Origin: Actinomycetota bacterium
Lineage (GTDB): Bacteria; Actinomycetota; CADDZG01; JAHWKV01
Length of the DNA stretch: 64,000 nt
Assembly: GCA_052389675.1 (NCBI GenBank)
Contig: JBQTHR010000055.1
Location: 57,616 to 121,615 of the forward strand
Direction of reading: 5' to 3'
Of this stretch, positions 1-9,660 are shown piece after piece. The notes beneath the pieces are model-generated. The model did no database searches, was not told the DNA's origin, and saw nothing but the letters and a program-made list of their open reading frames with translations. Each line of letters begins with the position of its first letter. The stretch's first letter is position 1. Position numbers and translations under genes: made by a program.

Positions 1-2
1 AC

Positions 3-2090
3 CTGACAATGACCCGGACGGATCAAAAGGGCGACGGCAAGATCTTCTCCTCTCCGAAGGAGGCACTGATCGCCCACGACTTCGATGAAGTTAGCTTGCA
101 CGCGGCTATCGAGCTGCGCATGGGAAAGAAATTGGTGCCGGGTCTGGAGGAGAGTGGGCGCCTCAAGACCACGGTCGGCCGGCTGATCCTGAACGAAGCA
201 CTTCCTGACGACTACCCTTACCAGAACCGGATGGTCGGCCAGCGCGAGCTTGCCCAAATCATCGAGGAGTGCGCTGAGCTCTACGGCAAGGTTGCGATCG
301 CCAAGATCTTGGACTCGATCAAGACGCTCGGCTTCCACTACTCCACCAAGGCGGGCATCACCTTCGGGCTGCACGACATAGTCAACGTGCCCACCAAGGC
401 CAAGATCCTGAACGACCATGAGGCGATGGCCGAGAAGGTGGAGCAGCAGTACGGCCGGGGCATCATCACCGACGACGAGCGGCGCCAGGAGCTGATCGAG
501 ATCTGGACCAAGGCTACCGACGAGGTGTCGGCAGCCATGGACGCCACCTTCCAGCAGGACGAGTTGAACCCGATCTACATCATGTGGAAGTCGGGGGCAC
601 GAGGGAACAAGGGCAACATCAGCCAGCTGGCCGGCATGCGGGGCTTGATGGCCAACCCCCGGGGCGAGATCATCCCCCGGCCAATCAAGGCCAACTTCCG
701 GGAGGGGCTGAGCGTGCTGGAGTATTTCATCTCCACGCATGGCGCCCGCAAGGGACTGGCCGACACCGCACTGCGCACCGCAGACTCAGGGTACCTGACC
801 CGGCGCCTGGTGGATGTGTCTCAAGAGCTGATAGTCCGAGAGGATGACTGCGGCACCGAGCGGGGCATCCCGGTGCAGGTGACCGTCGAGACGCCCGCCG
901 GCCGGGTGGAAGCCCCTTCAGTGGATACAAAGCTGTTTGGACGGGTGTGCCTGGAGGACGTGATCTCCGACGGAAAGAGGGTAGCCAAGGCGGGTGACCT
1001 GGTAGATCGTGGTATGCGGATCGCTCTGGTGGCGGCAGGCGTGGATACGGTACGGGTGCGCTCCGTGCTCACCTGCGAGTCCAAGTACGGCGTTTGCCGG
1101 ATGTGCTACGGCCGGAATATGGCGACCGGCGCGTTGGTCGATATCGGCGAGGCGGTGGGAATCATCGCCGCGCAGTCGATCGGCGAGCCGGGAACCCAGT
1201 TGACCATGCGTACTTTCCACACCGGAGGCGTAGCGGGCGAGGACATCACCCACGGACTGCCTCGAGTTGTCGAGTTGTTCGAGGCTCGAACCCCGAAAGG
1301 ACGGGCCACGGTGGCAAAGATCGCCGGACGGGTGGAGATCCACGACGAGGAGATCAAGCGGGTGGTCAAGGTCTTCGGCGAGGACGGGCGGGAAGAGCAG
1401 TACCCGGTCTCCCGGCGCCACCGCCTCCAGGTGGCCGAGGGGGACATGGTCCAACCGGGCGACCAAATCACCGAAGGGTCGATCGACCCCGACGACATCT
1501 TGGAGGTCGCCGGCATCCGGGCGGTCCAGATCTACCTGGTGAACGAGGTTCAGCAGGTGTACAAGAGCCAGGGTGTGCCGATCCACGACAAGCACATCGA
1601 GCTGATAGTGCGCCAGATGCTTCGTAAGGTCAGCGTGATCGAACCGGGCGACACGGAACTGCTTCCGCAAGACCTGGTGGAGAGAAAGCTGTTCCAGCGC
1701 ATCAACGACGATGTGATTGCCAAAGGCGGCGAGCCGGCGACGGCCCGGCCGATCCTGATGGGTATCACCAAGAGCTCGCTGGCTACTGAGAGTTGGCTGT
1801 CGGCGGCGTCGTTCCAGGAGACCACAAGGGTGCTCACGGAAGCGGCCATCCGGGGCAAGTCGGATTCGCTGCTGGGGCTCAAGGAGAACGTGATCATAGG
1901 AAAGCTGATTCCGGCCGGAACCGGCATGACCCGCTATCGCACGGTCAAGGTGGTGCCCTCCGTAGAGGTCTCCGATCTGCTCACCCTTTTGCGCAAGGAG
2001 GACGAAGACCGCCGGGCGCAGCAGGAGGCCGAGGCGGCCGCGCGTGCCCAGTACTATGACCCCGAGGAGGACGACGCCGAAGGGTTCTAG
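3..2090 (+). CDS. rpoC: RNA polymerase beta' subunit, 3' part (5' end outside window)
   Basis: Motifs [43 protein letters not shown] and SAASFQETT. No SI3 insertion in the trigger loop. Confidence 0.99.
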   Translation: MTMTRTDQKGDGKIFSSPKEALIAHDFDEVSLHAAIELRMGKKLVPGLEESGRLKTTVGRLILNEALPDDYPYQNRMVGQRELAQIIEECAELYGKVAIAKILDSIKTLGFHYSTKAGITFGLHDIVNVPTKAKILNDHEAMAEKVEQQYGRGIITDDERRQELIEIWTKATDEVSAAMDATFQQDELNPIYIMWKSGARGNKGNISQLAGMRGLMANPRGEIIPRPIKANFREGLSVLEYFISTHGARKGLADTALRTADSGYLTRRLVDVSQELIVREDDCGTERGIPVQVTVETPAGRVEAPSVDTKLFGRVCLEDVISDGKRVAKAGDLVDRGMRIALVAAGVDTVRVRSVLTCESKYGVCRMCYGRNMATGALVDIGEAVGIIAAQSIGEPGTQLTMRTFHTGGVAGEDITHGLPRVVELFEARTPKGRATVAKIAGRVEIHDEEIKRVVKVFGEDGREEQYPVSRRHRLQVAEGDMVQPGDQITEGSIDPDDILEVAGIRAVQIYLVNEVQQVYKSQGVPIHDKHIELIVRQMLRKVSVIEPGDTELLPQDLVERKLFQRINDDVIAKGGEPATARPILMGITKSSLATESWLSAASFQETTRVLTEAAIRGKSDSLLGLKENVIIGKLIPAGTGMTRYRTVKVVPSVEVSDLLTLLRKEDEDRRAQQEAEAAARAQYYDPEEDDAEGF

Positions 2091-2204
2091 CTTCGCGACG
2101 CCCCCGGTGGGCGGCGAGGAGGTCGGCCGCTCGGCTCCGAAGGCTGGAGTCGCCTCGGACCAACCCCCTCGCCGCCCACCTGCGCGCTGTTCGCGGGCGA
2201 AGCT
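2089..2204. terminator. Long inverted repeat between convergent rpoC and DUF4012 genes, probable bidirectional terminator
   Basis: Perfect 14-bp IR GGTGGGCGGCGAGG (2106-2119) / CCTCGCCGCCCACC (2167-2180), plus outer AGCTTCGC/GCGAAGCT. No U-tract. Confidence 0.5.
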
Positions 2205-2213
2205 CCTCGGCCC

Positions 2214-4103
2214 TCAGAGCCTGGGCGGTGTGGAGTGCGGTTCATAGCGGACCAGGAACTCGCGCTCCCGGGATAGGTAACCGCGCCAGGTCACCCTCCT
2301 ACCCTCGACCTGCATTCCTTCGCTTACCTGGGTCACCTCGGCCCGGTCGGGCAGGTAGATTTCCAGCTCAAACTGATCCGGGTGGAGGCTGGCCTGCTGC
2401 TGAACGATCAGCCGGTACTCGCCCGGGGCCTGCATCCGGCGGGCGGTGGAGAGTTGCAGCAGCGACTTGCTTCGCGATTCAACCGGCACGAAGGTGGAGA
2501 CCGCCTGCAAACCTTTCTCCCGATGGCCATCCAGGTCAGGCGACGCTTCCAGGTTGATCCCAGCCGCCCGCAGGGTGGCCGTCTGGGGCATAAATACCGA
2601 TGTGTAGGCCCTTAGAAGGCCGGGCGGGAACTCAGGGTACAGGCCCAGAATGTAGGGCGGTAGGCCAGAATCGGGGGCGGTGTTGGAGATCTCCACTGAC
2701 ACATCGCCCTGGAAGCCGGTCCCCCGGCCCAGATGTGCCCGATAGGTGATCTTGCGGCGGGAGTAGTAGTCCAGCTTGTTGCCACCGGCGTTGTTCGCAA
2801 CGACCATGAGATAGTCGGCACCCGGCTCCGGGCGCAGCTCTCCTGCGATGCCCAACCCTTCCAGGACCCCTTGCTTCGCAGGGCTCCAGACCTGGATGCG
2901 CTTGGTGGCGATCATCTCCGAGAGGGCCCCCACCTGTGCGCCCAGGTTGGAGAAACTGCCGGAGAGCAGGCGAGTCCACACGCCCAGGCCCACCTCCCTA
3001 AGGGCCCGGGAGCGGTCGGTCCGGTCGGGGAACTCGATGTACGCCCGGTTGAGCGCGAACTCCAGGAAGTTGGAGGAGTTCATCTGCCCTATCGGCGGCA
3101 CGTCTATCGGCCCCACCAGAGCCAGCAGGTAGTTCAGGCCGATCGCATCCACTGCAATCACGCCGTCCAGGTGTTGCCCGGTTTCCTGTTCCCACAGCGC
3201 TGCCATCAGCCCGGCTGAGGTGGGAAAGTCGGGTGAGAAGTTCGAGTTTGGCCAGAAGATCCGGGTACCGAACTGGTCGTAATGGCGTGCGAACTCCTCG
3301 CCGGTGGGCGGGGGGCCGGAGATGGCAGGCAGGGCGGCGTTGTCCTCGAGCCGATCGAGGGAAAGATTGCCCTGCTCGGCGTGCAAGATGCCGAACGCGC
3401 CCAGGAAGCCACCGGTCCCGCGCAACTCGGTTGGGTTCTGCAGGAACAGGAACCAGGTGCGGGGCCCGTCGCCCCCGAAGAAATGTGGGATGAGGCTGAC
3501 CGCGTCGCCCGCGGTGTCCAGTGTACGGGCAGCCTCAGAACCTTGAGCCGCGAATGCCCGGTAAGCACCGGCCACCGGGCCGAAAAGCCGGTCCTGCGGG
3601 AGGAGGTCGAGTTGCGCCAGCGAATTCCGGATGGCTTCTGCGGCGAGCTTGAGCTCCACGCCGGCCGCCGGCCACGGCTGAAGGTCCAGCCGACCGTCTA
3701 TCAGCCCCAGCCGCGGCCCATCGGGTCCGCGGGGGAAGACGTCGGCAACTTTAAGCGCCCGCAGGGCGGCCGGGGCAAGCTGGCGGGCACCGGTGGCCAG
3801 GGCCCGGACCATCCGGATGTCGTCACCTATGAACGGCAGTTTTTGCGCCAGTACCACCACCGGATTGTTCAGCCGTTCTTCGGCGGCGGATGCCAGCAGG
3901 CCGCCCCGGGAGAAGCCCTCCCGGGCGTGCGCAATGTCGAGGGTCTTGGCGGCCGCAGCGGCGCCCAGGAAGGCGTTTCGGGCCTGTATCAGATTCCAGG
4001 CGCCCAGGGCGGTAGGTAGGGCGGCGAGTAGCAGGAGCCCGCCGACCAGCGCTCCGGCCCGTACCCGCGCCGATGAATGCCAGGGGGCTGAGGGGGGCTT
4101 CAC
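2214..4103 (-). CDS. DUF4012-like membrane-anchored protein
   Basis: N-terminal TM segment. Motifs GPRTWFLFLQNPTELRGTGGF, NFSPDFPTSA, DGVIAVD and NNAGGNKLDYY are typical of actinobacterial DUF4012 proteins near polysaccharide loci. Confidence 0.8.
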   Translation of the reverse strand: MKPPSAPWHSSARVRAGALVGGLLLLAALPTALGAWNLIQARNAFLGAAAAAKTLDIAHAREGFSRGGLLASAAEERLNNPVVVLAQKLPFIGDDIRMVRALATGARQLAPAALRALKVADVFPRGPDGPRLGLIDGRLDLQPWPAAGVELKLAAEAIRNSLAQLDLLPQDRLFGPVAGAYRAFAAQGSEAARTLDTAGDAVSLIPHFFGGDGPRTWFLFLQNPTELRGTGGFLGAFGILHAEQGNLSLDRLEDNAALPAISGPPPTGEEFARHYDQFGTRIFWPNSNFSPDFPTSAGLMAALWEQETGQHLDGVIAVDAIGLNYLLALVGPIDVPPIGQMNSSNFLEFALNRAYIEFPDRTDRSRALREVGLGVWTRLLSGSFSNLGAQVGALSEMIATKRIQVWSPAKQGVLEGLGIAGELRPEPGADYLMVVANNAGGNKLDYYSRRKITYRAHLGRGTGFQGDVSVEISNTAPDSGLPPYILGLYPEFPPGLLRAYTSVFMPQTATLRAAGINLEASPDLDGHREKGLQAVSTFVPVESRSKSLLQLSTARRMQAPGEYRLIVQQQASLHPDQFELEIYLPDRAEVTQVSEGMQVEGRRVTWRGYLSREREFLVRYEPHSTPPRL

Positions 4104-4195
4104 CGCCAGTTAGCCGATGCCGGGGTCTGGAAGTGCACCTCAGTAGGATACGGGGAAGGCGGATCGTCGGTTGACACGCCGATTTTGATCATTGG

Positions 4196-6037
4196 ATGCT
4201 CGAGGAAGCGTTACTGGACTTGACTGACTCAAGGGTGGCGCCCGCGGTGCGAGTACACGAGGCGCGACCAAGGGTTCTAGCCGTCCGCGTTCTGAGGGCT
4301 CTGGTTTTCTTCGTTGGGACCAATTGGGCGTGGCTGGCACTAGGCGTCATTTGCCTCGTATTGAGTTTTCTGCTCGTCTGGGAGAGGGGCTTCTACTCGG
4401 ACGACTTCGCCATCATGACCACCGCGGTCGACCCGATAACCGGCCTCTCGACTCGGTTGCTAGGACCTGAACGCAACCCGTTCTACCCAGCTCGGCTTCT
4501 GAATCTGGCGCTCGGCACATCGCTGGTTCAGATGGTCGACCATGACGAGTTGCTGCTACGCCTGTTGTGCTCCGCAGCGTTCGTGCTGTCTGCCGTGGCG
4601 GGAGGCCTATTGGTTCGAAGGGTCTTGGGATCGCGGCTGGCCGCGCTGATAGCCGGAGCCGTCCTTCTGGTGCCGATCTTTGGGCACGAGGCGACCCTGT
4701 GGATTGCCTCCATCCCGTACGTGATAGCGGTGGGAATCGGTTTGTGGATGGTGGATCTACTGGTTGCTGAGAGTTTCGTCGAATCGCCGCGCTGGAGCCG
4801 GATGGTTTGGGTAGGGGTGCTTGCGTGCTCAACGCTGTCCCTGATCGAGAGCGTAGTGCTGATACTGGGTCTCGTGCCCTTGCTGGTTTGCGCGCGGGCG
4901 CTTCGAAGTTCTACGGGTCCGGTTCGGGTGGTGAAGCGGTCGCTGCTTGTTTGTTCGGTGCCGGCAGGCGCCGTCTTGCTCCTCACGGTGGTGACCTACG
5001 GGCGATCCAGCATGTTCCAGCAGCGGGGAGGGTTGATTTCCGCGCCCTCTGAGCTAATTGACAACGTTCAGGCAACGTTGGGGCGCGCGAGATGGATGCT
5101 TTTCGGCGAGTGGGGTGGGCAAATTCGGGCTGAAGCGTTTTTTCTGGGCCTCGAGAGGATCGGCCGCTCATGGGCCAGTTGGCTGGCTGCCTGCGGAATC
5201 GTCCTCGCGTTAGTCTCTGCTTTGCGCTGGCGACCCGACCGCAACCACGCCCGTCGGCCAAACGCTGCCGGATGGGTCTTGTTGATTGCCGGATGCCTCT
5301 GGGGCCTTACCGCTGTGCTGCTGCCGGGGGCCCTGATAAAGGAGCAGATGCTCGAGTTTCGCATCCTTTACCTTTCCTGGCCCGGTGTGGCAATGGCAGC
5401 GGGAGCAGTGGCCTGGCTGGTGGCAAGGGGACCGGCGCAGGAGAAAGTGGCCGTGGGCCTTGCCGGCATTCTGGTGCTGCTGGGTTCGATTGTGATGTTG
5501 GGCAACTCACTCATTTACGACGCCCGAAACGAGTTGGATACGCACCAGATCAAGGCTCTCGTTAATGAGGTTCCCTCCGACGCCCTGCCTCGAGACGCGG
5601 TGATCGTCCCATTTGCGCTGAGCGACCGCCTCTTTGAAGTGGACCACGTAGCCGACACCTTGCTGATCGCTGCATTGGAGACGACCTGGGGTACCAAGGC
5701 GGTTCTTTTGGAGAATTACCGGCGCCGGGATATCCATCAGATTGTTTCAAACCGATGGTTGGGCTGGACCTTCGATTTCCGGGAAGCCGATGGTGGTCTC
5801 AGCCTCCAAGGGGTGGACGTGCCGATCGATCGGACCCTGCTGTTCACGGTGCGCACTGAAGGCTTTTTCGCCATCGACCGATTGGTGGTTGTGCAGGATG
5901 ATGGCGGGCGCCATGAGATCGCCTTTCCCCTCGCCGCCCCCTTGGAGCGCTGGGGAACGCCAACCATGGCGGTAACGGTGCGCGACGAGGTCGCTGAGTT
6001 CGAATGGTCGGTCCCCGAGTTCTTGAGGAGTTCGTGA
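4196..6037 (+). CDS. Polytopic membrane protein, putative GT-C-fold glycosyltransferase
   Basis: About 10-11 hydrophobic segments, acidic GFYSDDF motif after TM1, soluble C-terminal domain, glycan-cluster context. Start uncertain. Confidence 0.55.
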   Translation: MLEEALLDLTDSRVAPAVRVHEARPRVLAVRVLRALVFFVGTNWAWLALGVICLVLSFLLVWERGFYSDDFAIMTTAVDPITGLSTRLLGPERNPFYPARLLNLALGTSLVQMVDHDELLLRLLCSAAFVLSAVAGGLLVRRVLGSRLAALIAGAVLLVPIFGHEATLWIASIPYVIAVGIGLWMVDLLVAESFVESPRWSRMVWVGVLACSTLSLIESVVLILGLVPLLVCARALRSSTGPVRVVKRSLLVCSVPAGAVLLLTVVTYGRSSMFQQRGGLISAPSELIDNVQATLGRARWMLFGEWGGQIRAEAFFLGLERIGRSWASWLAACGIVLALVSALRWRPDRNHARRPNAAGWVLLIAGCLWGLTAVLLPGALIKEQMLEFRILYLSWPGVAMAAGAVAWLVARGPAQEKVAVGLAGILVLLGSIVMLGNSLIYDARNELDTHQIKALVNEVPSDALPRDAVIVPFALSDRLFEVDHVADTLLIAALETTWGTKAVLLENYRRRDIHQIVSNRWLGWTFDFREADGGLSLQGVDVPIDRTLLFTVRTEGFFAIDRLVVVQDDGGRHEIAFPLAAPLERWGTPTMAVTVRDEVAEFEWSVPEFLRSS

Positions 6038-9000
6038 ACTTGTTTGAAAAGGTAGCGATAACCAGCTGCCCGGTGTGCGGGGAAGTCGACCTCTCGGCGG
6101 CGTTGGAGCGAACGGACGGCATCTGGGTCATGCGGTGCAACCGGTGTGGCATGGGTTTCGTCGAGAGCCGCCCTGCCGACATTCTCAGCCTTTACGACGA
6201 CGCTTACTACTCCGGTGGTGGGGAGCTCACGGGTTACGCGGACTACGAGGCTACCGCTTCCCACTCCCTGGCCTGGGTTGCGCAACTGGTCCGATTGGTT
6301 CAACAAGGCGGTGTGGTGCTGGATGTCGGCTGCGCAAGTGGTTACCTGCTCGCACAGCTGGGGCCGACCTTCGAACCGTACGGCATTGAGGTGAACGTTC
6401 GTCTGGCAGCTCAGTGCCGGGCGCAAGGCATTCAGATCCTGGGGCCCGACATCCTGGACTCAGGTATGGCGCAGCACTGGCAGGGGCAATTCGACGTCAT
6501 AACCGCAATGGCGGTCCTGGAACACGTAACTGACATCAGGGGGGCCCTGGAGAACATCTCGGCCATGCTCAAGCCTGGCGGGCTACTGATCTTCGAGACT
6601 CCGCTGACCCGGTGGGACGACCGGGACTCGATCTGGCTGCGCAGCTCACTCGAGCACATTTTTTATCCGACCGTCGAGGGTCTCCGCTACCTGTTCAACC
6701 AGGTCTTCACCGGGCTGGCGGCCGGGCGGGAGGTGGAGATTGCTAACTTCGGAGCGACGTTCGTAGGCGCGGCCGGTGGTTCGCCGGCGCAGGCTGCACA
6801 GTTGGACAGGCTCTGGAGCGCTCCATTGATAGAGCTGGCTGGCCCCGGGCGCCAGTTCCGCTTGTACTTCGACCTGGTCTACGCCGCGAAGGTTAACCCC
6901 GAGACAGTGGCCTTGTTGCCGGAACTACCTGCGCACGAATGGAATCCCAGATTGGCTGGCCGGTTGAGCGCGTTGTGGAAGACTGAACTGGGCCGATCCG
7001 CCTCGCTCCTGGAGGCGATCGAGGATCGGGACAGTTCTGAGCTGGCCCGGTTGCTGGGAGCTGAGGCGGAGCTGGCCCGGCTGCGCGAGATTGAGGCAGA
7101 GGCGGCCCGGCTGCAGGGAGCGCTTAGAGAGTTGGAAACTCAGATCGAGCAGGTCCGGGATGAGAAGGCGGAAAGCGAACGCGGCTGGTTCGCCTCAGTT
7201 GAGAACCTGCAAGCGGAGATCGCCACGTTGGCAAGGTTGCTGGAGGGCGAGTTGCTCGGGCAGGAGGAAGCCGAACGCCTGCGGGCCGAGGCCAGCAGTC
7301 TTCGGGAGCGAATGGCTTACTTGAGTGACCGGGAGGACGAGGCGGCCCGGTTGAACATAGAGTTGGCTGCGGAACAAGAACACGTGAAAGTTTTGCTGGA
7401 GTCGACTATCTGGAGGATGACCTCCCCACTGCGCTGGGGTGTAACCGCCGCCCGGCACGCTTGGACTGCCCCGCGGAGCCCCGCAGGCCGAGAGCTTCTC
7501 AAGAAGTTCTATCGCGCAGCGCCCCTCCCCGAATCGCTAAAGCGCCGTCTGGCGGAGTTGCTGTTTCGCCGAATTGCGCCTTCCGAGCCGTCTCCTTCCT
7601 CCCTTCCGTTCACCCGGGCGCCCGAGACGGTGGTACAGCAGAATTGGCCCGCCGACGCTCCACTGGTCAGCGTGGTGATCCCGTGCTTCAACTACGGGGC
7701 GCTGGTGGCGGGCGCGGTGGATTCGGTGCTGGCCCAGACCCACACCGATCTGGAGATCATTGTGGTGGACGGAGGGTCTGACGATCCGGGTTCGGTGGCC
7801 GCGCTCAAGGCCTTGGAGCGGCCCAGGACGGTCATTCAATGGCGAGAGGGCCGGCACATGGTGGGCGACAACCGCAACTTCGGCATCGAGACGGCGCGGG
7901 GGAAGTACGTCTGCTGCCTGGACGCCGATGACGTTCTCAAGCCCACCTACCTGGAAAAGGCGCTATTCCTGCTGGAGACCCAAGCGTACGACGTGGCGTC
8001 CACCTCGTACGAGCTGTTCGGCGAACGGACGGGCGAGTACCGAGTGCAGGAGCACCCCACGCTGGCGGACCTGGTGCGGGGGAACCAGCTTGCCACATGC
8101 GCGGTTTTCCGCCGTAAGCTGTGGGCGGAAGCCGGTGGATTTGTCGACACCGGCCGGGGGGCGGACCACCTGGCAGAAGACTGGCGGCTTTGGATTCGTT
8201 TGGCGGCGCTGGGCGCCCGTATAGTCAACATCAGTACCGAACCGCTGTTCAGCTACCGCGTGCACTCGGGGAGTTTGAGCCACGGATCGCAGGTGCCCTC
8301 GCCGGTGGAACAGCGGGCGGCCTTGGTCTCGTCTGAAGCTGCCCTGCTGACCGCAGAGGCGTTCGCTTTGTCAGAGGAACGCAAGCTGACGCCGGTGCAG
8401 GTGAGCGACCCGTTCGTCAACTTCGTTCGCCGATCGGGGAAGGACGAACGCACGGCAATCCTGATAGCTTTCCCGTTCCTGCTGGTAGGCGGGGCGGAGC
8501 GCGTGATGAGCCAGGTGGTGGAGCAGCTTGGCTCGAGCGGTTTCCGGGTGGTGATGGTCACCACCTTGCCAGCGGAAGGGCTTAGCGACGCGTCCCGCTG
8601 GTTCGGTGGGACAACGCAGGAGATCTACCACCTGCCCCGCTTCCTCGATTCAGCGCGCTGGCCGGATTTCGTCTCCTACCTGATCGAGACCAAGAACATC
8701 CGGGTGCTCTGGGTGGTTGGCAGTACTTTCTTTTACGACCGGCTACCGGCGCTGCGCTCCCGCTATCCCGATCTTAGGGTGATCGACCTGCTCTTCAACA
8801 CCGTTGGCCACACCGCCAACAATCGAAAGCATGCGGCGAACATCGACCTCAACATCGTGGAGAACGCCGAGGTGGAGCACTGGCTTATCGATGCCGGCGA
8901 GTCGCCAGATCGGATCCGGCGGATTGGCAGCGGGGTGGACCTGGCGCGCTTTCAACCGACCACGTGCGGCAATGACACGCCGGCCGGGCTGGATGCGCCT

Positions 9001-9546
9001 TGCGACTCCTTCGTCGTCGGGTTCTCGGGGCGGATGTCTGAGGAGAAGGCCCCGGGGGACTTCGTCCGAATCGCGGGCCGGCTTCGGCCGCACCTTGACC
9101 TGCACTTTGTGATGACCGGCTCCGGTCCGCTGGAGGGGGCGGTCCGGCGCCAGATCGACCGGATGGCGCTTGGGCGCAAGCTATCTTTCGTGGGGCATGT
9201 GGACGATGTCCGACCCTTCCTCGGGCGCCACGATGTTCTGGTGGTGCCCTCTCGCCTGGACGGCCGGCCGGCAGTTATCCTGGAGAGCCTGGCGATGGGG
9301 GTGCCCGTTATTGCATCGTCGGTGGGCGGTATTCCGGAGCTGATTGCCGAAGGCGAGACCGGTTTCCTGTGTCCCGCGGGGGATCTGGAGGCGTTCTCCG
9401 AGCGCATAGCCTGGTTGTCGAACCATCCGGAGGAACGTGCCCGGATGGCCAAGGCAGCGCGGGCATTCGCCGAGGCGGAATTGGGTGCGGACGTGATGAA
9501 GCAGGCTTACCTGGAGACGGTGCTGGGACTGCTGGATCCGGGGTAG
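6034..9546 (+). CDS. Multidomain SAM methyltransferase / coiled coil / GT2 / GT4 glycosyltransferase
   Basis: CPVC..CNRC plus VLDVGCASG (class I MTase); E/A/R/L-rich coiled coil; LVSVVIPCFNYG..CLDADD (GT2); GGAERVM..DGRPAVILESLAMGVPVIAS (GT4). GTG start overlaps upstream TGA (GTGA). Confidence 0.88.
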   Translation: MNLFEKVAITSCPVCGEVDLSAALERTDGIWVMRCNRCGMGFVESRPADILSLYDDAYYSGGGELTGYADYEATASHSLAWVAQLVRLVQQGGVVLDVGCASGYLLAQLGPTFEPYGIEVNVRLAAQCRAQGIQILGPDILDSGMAQHWQGQFDVITAMAVLEHVTDIRGALENISAMLKPGGLLIFETPLTRWDDRDSIWLRSSLEHIFYPTVEGLRYLFNQVFTGLAAGREVEIANFGATFVGAAGGSPAQAAQLDRLWSAPLIELAGPGRQFRLYFDLVYAAKVNPETVALLPELPAHEWNPRLAGRLSALWKTELGRSASLLEAIEDRDSSELARLLGAEAELARLREIEAEAARLQGALRELETQIEQVRDEKAESERGWFASVENLQAEIATLARLLEGELLGQEEAERLRAEASSLRERMAYLSDREDEAARLNIELAAEQEHVKVLLESTIWRMTSPLRWGVTAARHAWTAPRSPAGRELLKKFYRAAPLPESLKRRLAELLFRRIAPSEPSPSSLPFTRAPETVVQQNWPADAPLVSVVIPCFNYGALVAGAVDSVLAQTHTDLEIIVVDGGSDDPGSVAALKALERPRTVIQWREGRHMVGDNRNFGIETARGKYVCCLDADDVLKPTYLEKALFLLETQAYDVASTSYELFGERTGEYRVQEHPTLADLVRGNQLATCAVFRRKLWAEAGGFVDTGRGADHLAEDWRLWIRLAALGARIVNISTEPLFSYRVHSGSLSHGSQVPSPVEQRAALVSSEAALLTAEAFALSEERKLTPVQVSDPFVNFVRRSGKDERTAILIAFPFLLVGGAERVMSQVVEQLGSSGFRVVMVTTLPAEGLSDASRWFGGTTQEIYHLPRFLDSARWPDFVSYLIETKNIRVLWVVGSTFFYDRLPALRSRYPDLRVIDLLFNTVGHTANNRKHAANIDLNIVENAEVEHWLIDAGESPDRIRRIGSGVDLARFQPTTCGNDTPAGLDAPCDSFVVGFSGRMSEEKAPGDFVRIAGRLRPHLDLHFVMTGSGPLEGAVRRQIDRMALGRKLSFVGHVDDVRPFLGRHDVLVVPSRLDGRPAVILESLAMGVPVIASSVGGIPELIAEGETGFLCPAGDLEAFSERIAWLSNHPEERARMAKAARAFAEAELGADVMKQAYLETVLGLLDPG

Positions 9547-9660
9547 GCCTACGCATGCTCCTCCGGTCCCCCGGCACTCCGGGGGGTTAGTCTGATCGCC
9601 GAGCACCCTTCGTGGCAGGATTGGGACACAGCCGGGTCGATCTAGTTCGAGGCAAGGGCA

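Noticed and set aside
4171-4200. Perfect TTGACA upstream of the glycan operon
   Set aside because: No convincing -10 at 16-18 nt spacing, so it was not called as a promoter.
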